Origin: Camelus ferus | Taxonomy: Eukaryota | Length of the DNA: 64,000 nt | Assembly: GCF_009834535.1 (NCBI RefSeq) | Contig: NC_045697.1 | Span: forward strand, 41,790,001-41,854,000 | Direction: 5' to 3' | Part shown: positions 1 to 11,279 of the stretch, piece after piece | How positions within the stretch are numbered: the stretch's first letter is position 1 | Layout: every line of letters begins with the position of its first letter | Notes under the pieces: generated by a model | The model's input: only the letters and a program-made list of their open reading frames with translations | Told to the model about the DNA's origin: nothing | Databases searched by the model: none | Made by a program: the position numbers and the translations under genes

Positions 1-499
1 AAGCACCTTAGACTTCATACATAATTTGTTATAGTGCTTATTACAGATTAAGTAATTATTATTTATGTTTTTTATCCTCCAGGAGTCCGTAAACTAAAGG
101 ATTCCAAGAAACCTGTTTTGTTTGCCTTCTCATCTCTAGAATCACTTGGTAGATGCTCTGTAAAATTTTAGATATAAATTAATAAGCTACTTATTTATAG
201 AACTGTTTAAGAGTGTCTAGATTCGGATGGTAGCATTCTGTTCAACAGATTGATTTCCATAAATGTGATCACAACATACACAATACAAAATAACCTTTAA
301 AGAAAATGCTGGTTTTATCCATCACAACAATAAAGATACTCTATTTTAATTCATTATTGCCTACAAGCTAGCAGAAAAAGAGAATAATACTGTACTTCAC
401 CAGTTTGCAATAAATTTTGAATCCCAGATTGAATAGACCTATTGTAATTCTTATCTTTGAGAAGAAATAAACACACACACACACACGTATATATTTTAT

Positions 500-1160
500 C
501 ACAAATGTATATAAAAGCACTTGAAGATAGCTATGAAGATAAGGTGGCCAGGTGGCAGTATATCAAAAACAGTGGCTATAGAGTGAAGAGGATAATGGGT
601 GAGCAGAGGAGGACTGATGAAGAATTGAGAGCCAACAATGACTTGAAGAGAGTGTAAAGTGTGGACAGACAACAGAGGAGAGAAGGCATCATAGCAGAGG
701 GGACACTGAATAGAAGCAAAGAGGGGGTACGGGGGATGAATTTGGGGAGAAAGAGTGGACCGGTCTGAGGAATTGGGAATCACTGGAGTTGGTTACAAGG
801 CCTTGATAATTGCATGAAACAGGATTTCCTCTTGGGAGCAATAGGGACTCATATAAAATTTCTGAGCTGTGGAATGCTGCTTGACAGCACTGTTTCAGGA
901 ATACCAATTGGATGATACTTTCCCAATGAACTGTGTGTAGGAGCTGGTGAAGAATGTTGGGGGTGGAAAGAGGTGAGGATGGATTCTGTCTTGACGAGCC
1001 ACTTCCAAGGTCAAAGTAAGTTGTGTGCATGAAGCAATAAATGCACAGACAACTAAGGTGATGGAAATAGAAATGGAGCTGAACGTATATAAAGAAGGAA
1101 GCAATGGGGCATGACCACTAAGTGGTTATAGTGTAGGGGGGGAAAAAAGCAGTGGAGAAT
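500..1160 (-). mobile_element. Old LINE L2 fragment
   Basis: Purine-rich degenerate sequence with L2-antisense-type motifs (gagccacttccaaggtcaaag, ggtgatggaaatagaaatggag, agaattaatgatgact). Boundaries approximate. Confidence 0.5.
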
Positions 1161-1393
1161 TAATGATGACTTATCTCCAAGAAGTAGGCAACTCAGGGGA
1201 AAAAAAAACCAAAACAAGATAAAGTTAGGGCTTAAAATTTTACTTTAGTTTGTCCAATGATCACAACAATCTTAAGCTAGGTAGCATATTCTGATTAGAG
1301 ATTAACATCAGGACCCAGAGTGTTATACATCCCCCGCCCAGGTAATCAAAGTACTGCTTATGCTCTGCATACTAGATGTTAGTCTACAGAAGT

Positions 1394-1455
<62 letters not shown>

Positions 1456-1484
1456 TTGTGTGTTTGTGTGTGTATATATATATA
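1394..1484. repeat. Compound microsatellite A17-(TA)n-(TG)n-(TA)n
   Basis: Directly visible. Confidence 0.97.
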
Positions 1485-1699
1485 GTTTCAAAATTAAAAG
1501 GGTATTAAAAAGCACATTATAACCTTCATCTCACCAGAACACAAATCCAAAGCACCACTATCCTGTTTGCTGCCTAATAGATGTTTCACGGTGCCTAGAT
1601 TTTAAAAACCACTGGGAAAGCCTGTTCAGCGACCTTTATTAGTACCTAAACAAAGAACTAGAGAGATGAAAAGGGCAGTAAAAGGACAGAAGAGGTCTG

Positions 1700-2350
1700 G
1701 AGGAGAAAGGAACGCTGAGGCTCGAGTTCCGGCTGGCACAGCGTGCAAGCTCCACCACCACCGGGCTTCTGGAAACTTTAACTCAGCTCCTCTCTTCATT
1801 TTGAGAGTCGTTCTGAAGTGGTGAGTCGCCTTTTCTGTCGGCCTACCCATGACAACAGTTAACAATATGTTTTAAATGAGGATCAGGAAAAGCAGACACC
1901 TCAGTATTTTTCACTTCTCGGCGGCGCTTTTCCATGATTCACTCACCCTCCCTTTTGCTTTCATTGAACCGACTCCGCTGATGGGGGTAGGAACTCAGAA
2001 ACTCCAGTCCACTTCTTAAACCACTGGAGCACTCAGGATTAAACAAAGCACAAGGGGACACTCTGTTCTTAAGGTAGCGTGGTTTGGGAACCCGGGGTTG
2101 AAAGAAAAGTTCGTTCTTTTCAGTGCAGGACCTTAAATAAAGATGTAACACCCTGTGCTTCCCGCTGCCGCTGGGGCGGCACAGAAACGGCCTCGCAGCC
2201 GCAGCAGCAGGGCTCCTCCTCTCCCAGAGCCTCACCGCCCAACTGTGGTCCTGCAGCCGGGGACCCGGAGAGGCCGGCGAGCCTTGGCTCCGCAGCAAGG
2301 GCGAGGGGACGGAAACAGCTGAATGCTGCCTGCACCCCTCTCCTATACGG
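1700..2350 (-). promoter_or_regulatory. Second CpG-rich region; probable additional internal promoter/first exon ending at a donor at 1947
   Basis: Dense CpGs at 2080-2350. Canonical minus-strand donor AGG|GTGAGT (intron starts at 1946). MEF2 consensus TTAAAAATAG at 2478-2487 upstream. Confidence 0.55.
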
Positions 2351-4109
2351 TTCTGAGGTTCTGACAGAAACCAGAATACAGCCTGGTGAATTAAAAACCT
2401 CTTAATCCTTGACTCGGATGCTGAACATTCCTCGGATTGCTAAGACTTTGCATAGGAACATAGGAAAGGACAGTAGTTTAAAAATAGCCCACAGGAGATG
2501 ATAGATGGAAGCTGCCCCACTCCTGTGGCTGCCGCTGGTCAGCCCGTGAGTTTTTTTTTTTGTTTGTTTGTTTTGTTTTTGCAGCACTGCCTTCTCTCAT
2601 TGATATTTAAGGAGAGAAGAAGAGGGCATAATGAATAGCAGTGTTAGCCAGGATTCTCAAAGATATGCCATACTCCACTCTGGGAGGAGAGAAGGCGGAA
2701 AATGTAAAAACCACTTTGCTCTGTGTTTCAAAGAGAAACGAATTGTCCCCAGAAGATCTTATGTTACAAATGAAGAGCAGTAACCCGGAAAAGTAGGACT
2801 TCTCTACGTGTTTGGATAAACCCAATTTAGTTGCTGAGAGGTGGGAGAACCAGAAGAGGGGTCGTCCTTCAAGCAAGTAGTCCCTAGCCTTTCGCAATTT
2901 CTCTATCAATGATGCAATCTTACACTAGCCTGGAAATCTCTATAGATCTATATAATATGAGGCATGTATCTGTCATTTAATTGTCTTCCTGGATGAGAGG
3001 GGAATATAAATTATCATCTGCATTCCTTGTTTATAATATAGGATCATGATCACAGCCAGATCTTAACTGCTCAAAGGAAAAGACTCAGAGGGAACAAGGT
3101 TTAGCTTTAAAAAGCTCTCACTAAATCTTGCTTTAAATACATGGTTTTTCTTTTCTTCTCACTTTTTTGTTGATTACTAACCAGAGAAGGTTAATTAATA
3201 GGTGGCAAATCAAAGAGAAAAGGGAGAAGGAACAACCTTAAATGTTACTCAAGTCAGCTACTGATTAAATTATTAACTTACTGTATGTGACATTAAAATT
3301 ATAATTACCTAGTTCCAATTTAGATAATCATTTGATTTGTTTATTCCCATTTTAAAGCAAAGGGACACTTTAAAATATTTTGATACAGAGACATTTTCTA
3401 GAAATACTTCACTTTACCTAGGTTGTACCCTTTAACTCCCTCTACACAGATCAATCTGAAATACTTTGTTTCTTTCATTGATCATAAACTTGTATTTTCC
3501 CACCCCTTGTTCCTGATGGTTCACTTCTTTGACCTCTCCCAATGCTGCCTTATGATGTATTTGGAAACTCACGGTGACTTCTATTTCTAATCAGTGTTAA
3601 TCAATATGATTGAAAGCCTTCCAAATAGGGGTCACTGCAGATAACCTGATTAGTAAAATTTTCTCAGCAGGGAGGTGAGGCAAGCACGGGCAGCCAGAAC
3701 CCAACTGATGTGATGGGAGCACAGAGGAGGGATTTGCGAGGGACTCATCTCAAGGGGGAACAACATGGCTGCTTGATGTGGGTCTGGGACCAGCCCAAGG
3801 TAGCCTTGGCCCCTCCTCTCAGCATGGTCAGGCCAGCCTGCTTGTTCTCCATCAGTAAAGGTGATCCCTATAGGACCACCATTCTCTAAGCCTCACCTAC
3901 CTGGCCATTTCACAGACAGTAATAAACAGATCAATATGAGCCTCAAGAAATAAGTATAGACAAGCAAAAACACATATAACAATTCTTGTACAGTTTTAAG
4001 CTCTTGGTTGCCAAACTCCCATGTTATCTGAGCATAAACTGACGTTAAAGCATCAGAGAACATATGTACATTTTTAAAAAAAAAGGACATTAACATATCA
4101 TCTACCTAC

Positions 4110-4221
4110 CTTTTCGAAAACTAAAGCACCGTTTGATTCTTCTGTATGTAGTTTTAGGAATGAAAGGAGTTGACGCCAAGGCACCTGAGGGGCGCCCCCC
4201 AGTATTTCGGTCTTCAGGCAT
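4110..4221 (-). CDS. ARHGAP24: ARHGAP24 alternative first coding exon of the short PH-less isoform (p73RhoGAP/RC-GAP72 type)
   Basis: ATG at 4221 (a second in-frame ATG at 4224) reads MPEDRNTGGRPSGALASTPFIPKTTYRRIKRCFSFRK, 37 codons plus 1 nt, ending at phase-1 donor AAG|GTAGGT. Closely matches my recollection of the human isoform-2 N-terminus. The donor phase equals that of the 11157 exon, so both can join the same downstream exon (outside the window). Confidence 0.92.
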
Positions 4222-4659
4222 CATACAGGCCTAAAGTTCTGAGCCAGTTTCAGGCTTCCTTTAAAACCTGCCTCTGCATGATATCGGTACCCCACGGCCA
4301 CTCCTTCTCATGTTTGTTTATTTGTTAGGTTGGAAGTGCTGTTTCCTAGAACTTGAAGGTTTTGATCATCGAGGTCCTGCATCAGGGATAAGTTACCACC
4401 TCTCATTTACTTCTTTTTGGCAAAAAAAAACTTCCATTTCTCTTGCCTAATCCAGGCAGTTTTCAAGATTTTGTTTTGTTTTGTTTTTCTTTTTCCAAGT
4501 TTCTGCAGACATTCCAAAATGTCACAGCAAAAAGCACCGCAGCAAGAAAGCTGCACCTCCCATTCAAACAGCAGGATTTTTTATTATTATTATTATTATT
4601 AAGAACTGTCTTCTCAGCTGGAACTGGGGTGGGGTGGGGGCTGAGATTCCTCTGGAAAG

Positions 4660-5230
4660 GTCAGCAAATAGCCGTGCGCCAGGGGAAAGAAGAACAATGA
4701 CCAAGGCCCCCAGGGACACTTCAGGGCCGTCCTTGCTGGCTCCTTTCATCTGAGCAAAAGGGGAGGCAAATAATGGCACCTTCTCCAGAAAGCATTTCAG
4801 TGCATGATAGAGTCTTTTCAAAGAACTCCCCTGTTCCTTTTAGAGCACCCCTCATCCTTTGATGCTCTCTGCAGGCTTCTCCCTTCTCCCTTCTGTCTTC
4901 AAACTCCTGGGGCTCCCGAGGCGGAGGGAATCGCCAGGTCAGAACAGTCCAATGCCCATTCCAGGAGGCTCCTCCGATCCGCGGAGGCAGCTCTGCAGGG
5001 AGCTTCTCCTCCCCCTCGTCTGGCTCCTGCTCCCCTTTTCTCAATGAGAGCTGGGCGGGAGCTGGCAGGGCTGCAGCTGGCTCCTCACCGCCACCAGGCT
5101 GCGGCTGCGGCTGCCTCCAGTGCCCGCCGCCGGTCACATGCAGCAGGTGCAGCCACAGCAGAATGAGGGGAGGGGGGAGAGTGCCACGCAGCCGTGCGAA
5201 CCCCTTTTTTCTTCCTCTGACTTTGTGTCG
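4660..5230 (-). promoter_or_regulatory. ARHGAP24: CpG/GC-rich internal promoter and 5'UTR region upstream of the short-isoform first exon
   Basis: Local GC and CpG enrichment (gcggctgcggctg, cccgccgccgg, ccgcgg), a GC-box-like GGGCGGGA near 5053 and E-boxes (CAGCTG, CACATG, CAGGTG at about 5074-5150), directly 5' of the 4221 ATG on the minus strand. The exact TSS cannot be determined. Confidence 0.7.
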
Positions 5231-5528
5231 ACTCTTGTCTTGTACAGCACCTTTACAGCTGGCTGTCTCAGCCCCAAACCAAACCAAACAGCCCCAAACC
5301 ATCCCAAGGGAGTAGACTTTTTGCCCCTTCTTTTCTTCACTTATTCTCTTCCAAGGTTTTTTTCCCCAGATACTTTGCAACTGGATCTATTTGTGAGTGT
5401 TGATTTAAATGTGCACATCATTAAAACGTGTGTGCATTTGTGCATATGCATGTGTAAAACAGAAAAATATTCAAAATTTAGCAACAAAGAATCTGCAGGT
5501 ATAATCACAAAACAAGTCAACTCAACTC

Positions 5529-5590
5529 ATATGTGTGTGTGTGTGTGTGTTTATGCATTTTCATACATATATATACATATATATATGTAT
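5529..5590. repeat. (TG)n and (TA)n-rich microsatellite pair just upstream of the internal promoter
   Basis: Directly visible. Confidence 0.9.
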
Positions 5591-6159
5591 TTGGCTGTGG
5601 TTTGAAAAGCAGTTCTGTTCTCAACTTTCTCCCTTGCTTGTGCATGGACTGGCTACACCCCAGCCTCCATGTCTACCAACCCTCTGGGTTCTACTCACTG
5701 AACAATTTACTCACTGGGTTAATCATTCACCACCTGGCTGTTCCATGAGCAGATTTGGAATGCTAGTGCTTTAACCCCAACTGACCCCCGAGGCCTCTCG
5801 GTCCCTTCTTAGCCATTCAGCAGGAGCAATCAAAAACTCTGAAGGGTACTCAAAAGATACTCCCTTTAGAAACATCATTGTTTTTGACCAGCATGCCCAG
5901 ATAGGTAATATTTTGTCACTGAGGGAATCATTATTAATTATTTCTGCCCCATCGCTCAAACATTGTTTTTACGTCCTGTGTCACAGCACACTGCTAGGAT
6001 CACAGGGAACCATGAAGTCTAACTCGGTGCCACCAAGACAGCGGCAGTGCTGGAGGGGAGACACCTTGGCCAAATGAAAACTTCACTTATCTGAGCCTTG
6101 GTATGGAGGAAACACATGTAATCACAGGACTTTGGAGCTAGAGAGAATCTTGGTTAAAA

Positions 6160-6310
6160 CAGTTTTGTCCAATTTTCTTGTTTCACAAGTGAGGAAACTA
6201 AAGGTGAGAGGGTAACACCATTTATCCAGGATCACACAGCAGCCTGTGTCAGAGGCAGGACCACAGAGCCTCTGAACCCCTGCTGGCTCACATGCTAATT
6301 GCTCATCCTG
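6160..6310 (-). mobile_element. MIR SINE fragment
   Basis: tttcacaagtgaggaaactaaaggtgagagggtaacaccatttatccaggatcacacagcag resembles the MIR core in antisense. Confidence 0.75.
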
Positions 6311-7354
6311 AGGGTTATTCACATTCAGTATTTTTACTGCCTTGATACATCTCTGACAACTCTTTTCATTAGGAGACAGAAATATACAGAAAGAATCTGA
6401 CTTTGTTAGTAGCTAAAGTTAAGCCATCCACTCAGCTCAAATGAACAGTGAACGGGTTCTCGCTCTCCCCAGCTCTGGGCTGGGTACTTCCATATACATT
6501 GCCTCAAAAACAACTGAAAAGAAACCCAGTGAAAAAGACAACCAGGAGCAAATAAAACAAAAACAAAACCCTAAACTTCTCCAAAGTTAAATAAATGTTT
6601 TGACAGCCCAACTTTTGGATCTGACTTTTAGGCAGAAACCATGTGCCTCTTAGCATGGTTGAGAGGGAAACAACTGTTTATGGTGGTGGAGGGAAGGGTT
6701 AAACATATAACAGACAGTGAGGTATCTTAGATTCAATACTGAACTTGGTTACCACACTCATTTGGTAACAGAGAATGTCTACTTTTTGCATTTACACTGG
6801 TTCTTTTCCATCATTTGAATATTTGTTGTAAGTTTGCTTTGTTTCAAAAAAAAAGAAATACCAAAGCCCTGTATCTTGATTTTCACTTCACAGTTTTTAA
6901 TTTCTAAATACTGAAAATTTAGAAATGAAAACTCCTCAGGTGTCTCCTGTATTTTGATCAAATATCTATTATTGAAATGGTAAAGAAAGAATCTTTTACA
7001 TGTATAAACGACCTTACCAAAGATAAGCTTCAGTGCTTCATGAAAAACTTTAACTATTTAAAAACACAGGTTTAAAACTGCACTGCAGACAACGAAATGC
7101 CCTCTCTGTAATAAACACACTTAAAATGCATGCAAAGGTGGTATACAGAAATTGATAAATCGGGGTGCTATGTCACCTTCCAAATTGTCTTCACAGTTGC
7201 CACTTAATCAATGACCACACAATCTTTGAGCAGTGAGAAGAAGGTTGGAAGCCAACAGGTTTTTTATTTAGGATTAACTGTCTTGGATTCTATGACTAAA
7301 ATAGTAAAGGGAAACGCATTCACTTATGAAAAGCAATTAAGTGATTCAGGAATT

Positions 7355-8345
7355 TTTAACAGCTTTCCTGTTATAATCTATATATCATAGCATTCTCCCA
7401 TTTAAAGTGTACAATTCAATGGTTTTTAGTAAACTCAGATATATGCAATTGTCATCACAGTTAATTTTAGAACACTTCGTCACCTAAAAAAGAGATCCCA
7501 TTTGTTTTGGCCATCACCCTGCTCCGAACCCCTTATTTCCCCATCCCAGCCCTAACCTTCTGTCTCTACAGATTTCTCTGTTCTGTACTTTCATGTAAAT
7601 TGAATAGTATATATGTGGTCTTTTGTGACTGGCTTCTTTCACTGAGCATGATGTTTTCAAGGTTAGTTCACGTTGTAGCATGTATCAGTACCTCATTCTT
7701 TTTATGGCTGAATAATCTATTGTATGAATATACCACTTTCTGTTTATCTGTTTGTCCATTGATGGACATTTGGGTGTTTCCACTTTCTGGCTATTGGAAT
7801 AATGCTGCCATAAATATTGATGTACAAGTTTCTGTGTGGCCATCCATTTTTCATTTCTCTTGGGTATATACCTAAGAGTGCAAAGGCTGTGTCATATGGT
7901 TAACTCCATGTTTAATCATTTGAGGAACTTCTGGACTGTTTCCCAAAGCAGCTATATTTCACATTCCCATCAGTAGTATAGGAGGGTTTCAATTTCTCCA
8001 CATCCTCACCGTACTGTTATTATTGAACTTTTTGATTCTAGCAATCTTAGTGTGTATGAAGTGGTATCTCACTGTGTTTTTGAATTGTATTTCCCTGATA
8101 ACTAATAAGCACTAAGCATCTTTTCATGTGCTTATTGGCCATTTGTATATTTTCCTTGCAGAAGTGTTTATTCAGATTCTTTGCCCATCTTTAAGTGAAT
8201 CTAATTGGGTCAGATTTTTGGTTTTTCTTTATTTTTGAGTTCTAAGAGTTATTTATATATTCTAGATACAAGCCCAAAATCAGATATACAATCTGGAAAT
8301 ACGCCTCCTATTCTGTGGTTTGTGTTTTCACTTCCTTGACGGTAT
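7355..8345 (-). mobile_element. Old L1 (L1MB-like) 3' region
   Basis: Typical antisense L1 motifs: catttaaagtgtacaattcaatggtttttagt, ttttgtgactggcttctttcactgagcatgatgttttcaagg, gatggacatttggg, gtggtatctcactgtg, catcttttcatgtgcttattggccatttgtata. Confidence 0.9.
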
Positions 8346-9083
8346 TCATTCAGATATCTTTGAAGGACTCAATTATATGCATTATCCTTATCATACTTCA
8401 AAAACCTTTTTTTTTCTCATGTACTGAAGGATATACTGTCAATCAGGCATGGACTTACAGTTGTGGGGTTTTCACTCCCATAGTAGGACTAACAGATCAC
8501 TCTGTTGTGCAGGAAGAAGCTCACAAGCCAGAAGAGATGGGTTTTCTTCCTACTTATGTTGCTGACAGTATGACACTCGGCAAGTCATTCATCGTCTCTG
8601 GGTCTTAATGACCTAATCTACAAAATATCAGGTTGAACTAGTATAGTGGTTGTAAAATACTCTTAATCGGTGAGAAACTTATTGTCAATGAAATGCTAAG
8701 TGGAATCCCAATGTGTATGGTAAATAAAAGGGTTCTTAGTCATATAAATTTATTGTCTTCAACCCGAATTTATAACATTTCTTTAAAATTCAATCAATCA
8801 GTAGAGAGGGGCCATACTAATACAAGCTTTTGAACACAAGATTATGGGTGACATCTGCAGTCTTTTATCAGGGTCAGCATTCAGTTTGGTTCTGTAATAA
8901 CTTCAGAAAATTCTGACGTTCAGATGAATCACAAAAATATTTCTTGCAAGTTAAATGAGTACTTTAAGAGCTTGCCTTGCAACCTCATAATACTCTTCAA
9001 TTAAACAAAAAGGTCAAGAGAAAATTTATTCTTTGGAGTATTGTTTCTATGGTAAGTGCACTATGCTAAAATATATTTCTTTA

Positions 9084-9328
9084 AGATATTAACTACTTTA
9101 TATAAAATGGATAAGCAGCAAGTTTATACTGTATAGCACAGGGAACTATATTCAGTATCTTGCAGTAACCTATAATGAAAAAAAGAATATGAAAAGGAAT
9201 ATATGTATGTATATGTAGGACTGAATTATTATGCTGTACACCAGAAATTAACATAACATTGTAAACTGACTAGATTTCAATTAAAATAAATAAATAAATA
9301 AATATGAAATAAAAACAAACAAAAAAAG
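9084..9328 (+). mobile_element. Younger 5'-truncated L1 3' end with A-rich tail (cetartiodactyl, camelid-like)
   Basis: actgtatagcacagggaactatattcagtatcttg...atgctgtacaccagaaattaacataacattgtaaactgactag followed by (TAAA)n/A-rich tail. No clear TSD seen. Confidence 0.85.
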
Positions 9329-9843
9329 CAAATCTGAATCAAGCATTTGCCAAATCCCTGAAGTATATTCCACAGGATAAAGTATAAAAACCAATCAACG
9401 GCTAGAGTATGCCTTCTAGGTTTATAAATTTGAAGATGAATAGATAGCTCTTGCCCAGCCCCACTAGGGTTATTTGTGATATTCCTGGGCTCCTAGGACC
9501 TCCTGTGGCCACCGATTTGGTGACACTAACTGGATCTCCTCCATTTTTCTTGAGAGAAGGACAGATGGAAGAGGACAAAAGGGAGAAAACAGCACACATA
9601 ATGGAAATAATCCTTCAACAAAAGTACCACTTCCAGCAAATATTAAGAATCCTCCTGAACTCAGGAGCCCCAGAAATCTGATAATGGAGGGGAAAAGATG
9701 GTCTTTAGAAACAACAGGAACTTTGAAAAGACATATCGCTAGGCTTTCCCATAAATCTTTGACCCTGGAGGTAGCAGCACACTTCCAGTGGCTGAGTATG
9801 CACCTCTCATGAATAATCATGAGGAATCCTCTGCTAAGGCACT

Positions 9844-9857
9844 GGGGGGGGGGGGGG
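9844..9857 (+). repeat. G14 homopolymer
   Basis: Directly visible. Confidence 0.95.
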
Positions 9858-9923
9858 AATCTCATCCCACCAGCCTCTTCAAACATTTCCTATATTCACT
9901 TACTAGCCATTTTAGTGCCTGAC

Positions 9924-10055
9924 TAGAGTGGCCATACTAGTTGTCACCCAAACCAGGACACTGTGAGAGTGAAAGGTAGCACCATCAATAATTAGCCAGG
10001 GACAACAGTTGTAAGCCAGACTGTTACCAGGCAAACTGGGATGAATGGTCACTTC
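9924..10055. mobile_element. MER94-like hAT-Blackjack non-autonomous element
   Basis: Degenerate TIRs tagagtggccat...atggtcactt and internal ccaaaccaggacactgtgagagtgaaagg match my recollection of MER94. Confidence 0.75.
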
Positions 10056-11156
10056 GGTTAGGAGTCTGCCCCTCAGGAGAGACCACTAAAGAACAGACAA
10101 TTTGCAGGCATGTGTCACTACCCTTGTAAAATATCGACATGTCTGCCAGGAATCTTTACTATTTTAACTTTAACCTAAATTGTCAACTTTTTTACACTAA
10201 GCTTTTGAAGTTATGCTAAAATGTAAAGCTGACTGTTAGCTTAAGGGATATCCGATACGTTAAGGGAAAAAAATTCATCTCTGAATTCAGGGTGCTGACA
10301 ATGTGCAAAAGAGAATATAAAATAAACATGAAAATTGTAATTGCTTTACAAATTATGAATTTAATTTAATACCATTTATTTTAACAATCTCAATATAAAA
10401 CAGTTTGGCTTTATATTCTTGGAAATACATGTTGGTTGTAGATGAATATTTTGGGGTCCTTATCCTTTCAGTTCCATTTACTGAATTTTTTCCCTAAATA
10501 TTTTTTCTGTTTATACCATTCTATTTTATATTACCTGATAGAAAAGATCACCTTTTATCCTTCCTTCTTCCTTTTAGCTCTATTCATAGCACTAAGAATG
10601 TAGTTTATTCTTCATATGATGCATTCTCTATACTGTCTTAACTAAGACTTTTTAAAAAACCTTTTATCAAATCCACAAACACTTTCCTGATGACAAACCT
10701 TTTTTTTCACTCCACTAATTATCCGATTCTCTTCCAATGCTTTGCCACTCCGCTTTGATACCACTGAGCATCTGGGGGCTGAAATCTCTTCCAAAACTAT
10801 AGTCAAAATATTTTTTGCCCCATATCTGCATGTTATTAACTGATCTACATTTATGGTTTAGGCTCATAACTGTTTATTATTAGTAAAATGAAAAAAAATC
10901 CAAAATAAAGGAAAAATATTATCCCTTTTTCTAATTCAAGATATTCATGGATGAAGGTTGCTTACTAATGATATTTGATATAAATTAAACTTCTAGGAGT
11001 TACCTAGGTATCTGCCTAACAATACATGGATTGTTTACTATTTATTTTAATATTCATCCCTTTGAAAGTAGGAGCTGATTGTGGCACTGACTGGAGAAAA
11101 CAAAGAACAGGTTTGGACTACCTTTCTGTTTTTCCATGATTTTAAAATACACTCAC

Positions 11157-11279
11157 CTCCTCCGAATGGTCCCCATATGACTCGGCGGATGGACTTGACC
11201 CAGTCCTCCATATCATTCTGGGTGCTCGCCATGAGGAGGTAGCTCTCATGATTTGCTGTCATCCGATCTCGATCGCCTC
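11157..11279 (-). CDS. ARHGAP24: ARHGAP24 (FilGAP) internal coding exon, C-terminal part of the PH domain (equivalent to human exon 4)
   Basis: Minus strand: acceptor ...gtcttcttacAG|GAGGCGATCG and donor GGAGGAG|GTGAGT; 123 nt, phase 1 at both ends. Translation (G)[40 protein letters not shown](G) is recognised as ARHGAP24 and includes the PH-domain terminal-helix Trp (EDWVKSI). Confidence 0.97.

Noticed and set aside
1816..1826. Plus-strand donor-like GTG|GTGAGT suggesting an antisense transcript
   Set aside because: Isolated motif with no supporting acceptor or exon structure; cannot be supported from sequence alone.
4721..5380. 219-aa minus-strand ORF and overlapping plus-strand ORFs (4804-5166, 5120-5605)
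   Set aside because: Low-complexity translations of a GC-rich promoter, open in several frames on both strands, with no recognisable domain.
7507..7875. 122-aa hydrophobic plus-strand ORF
   Set aside because: Antisense reading of an L1 3' region.
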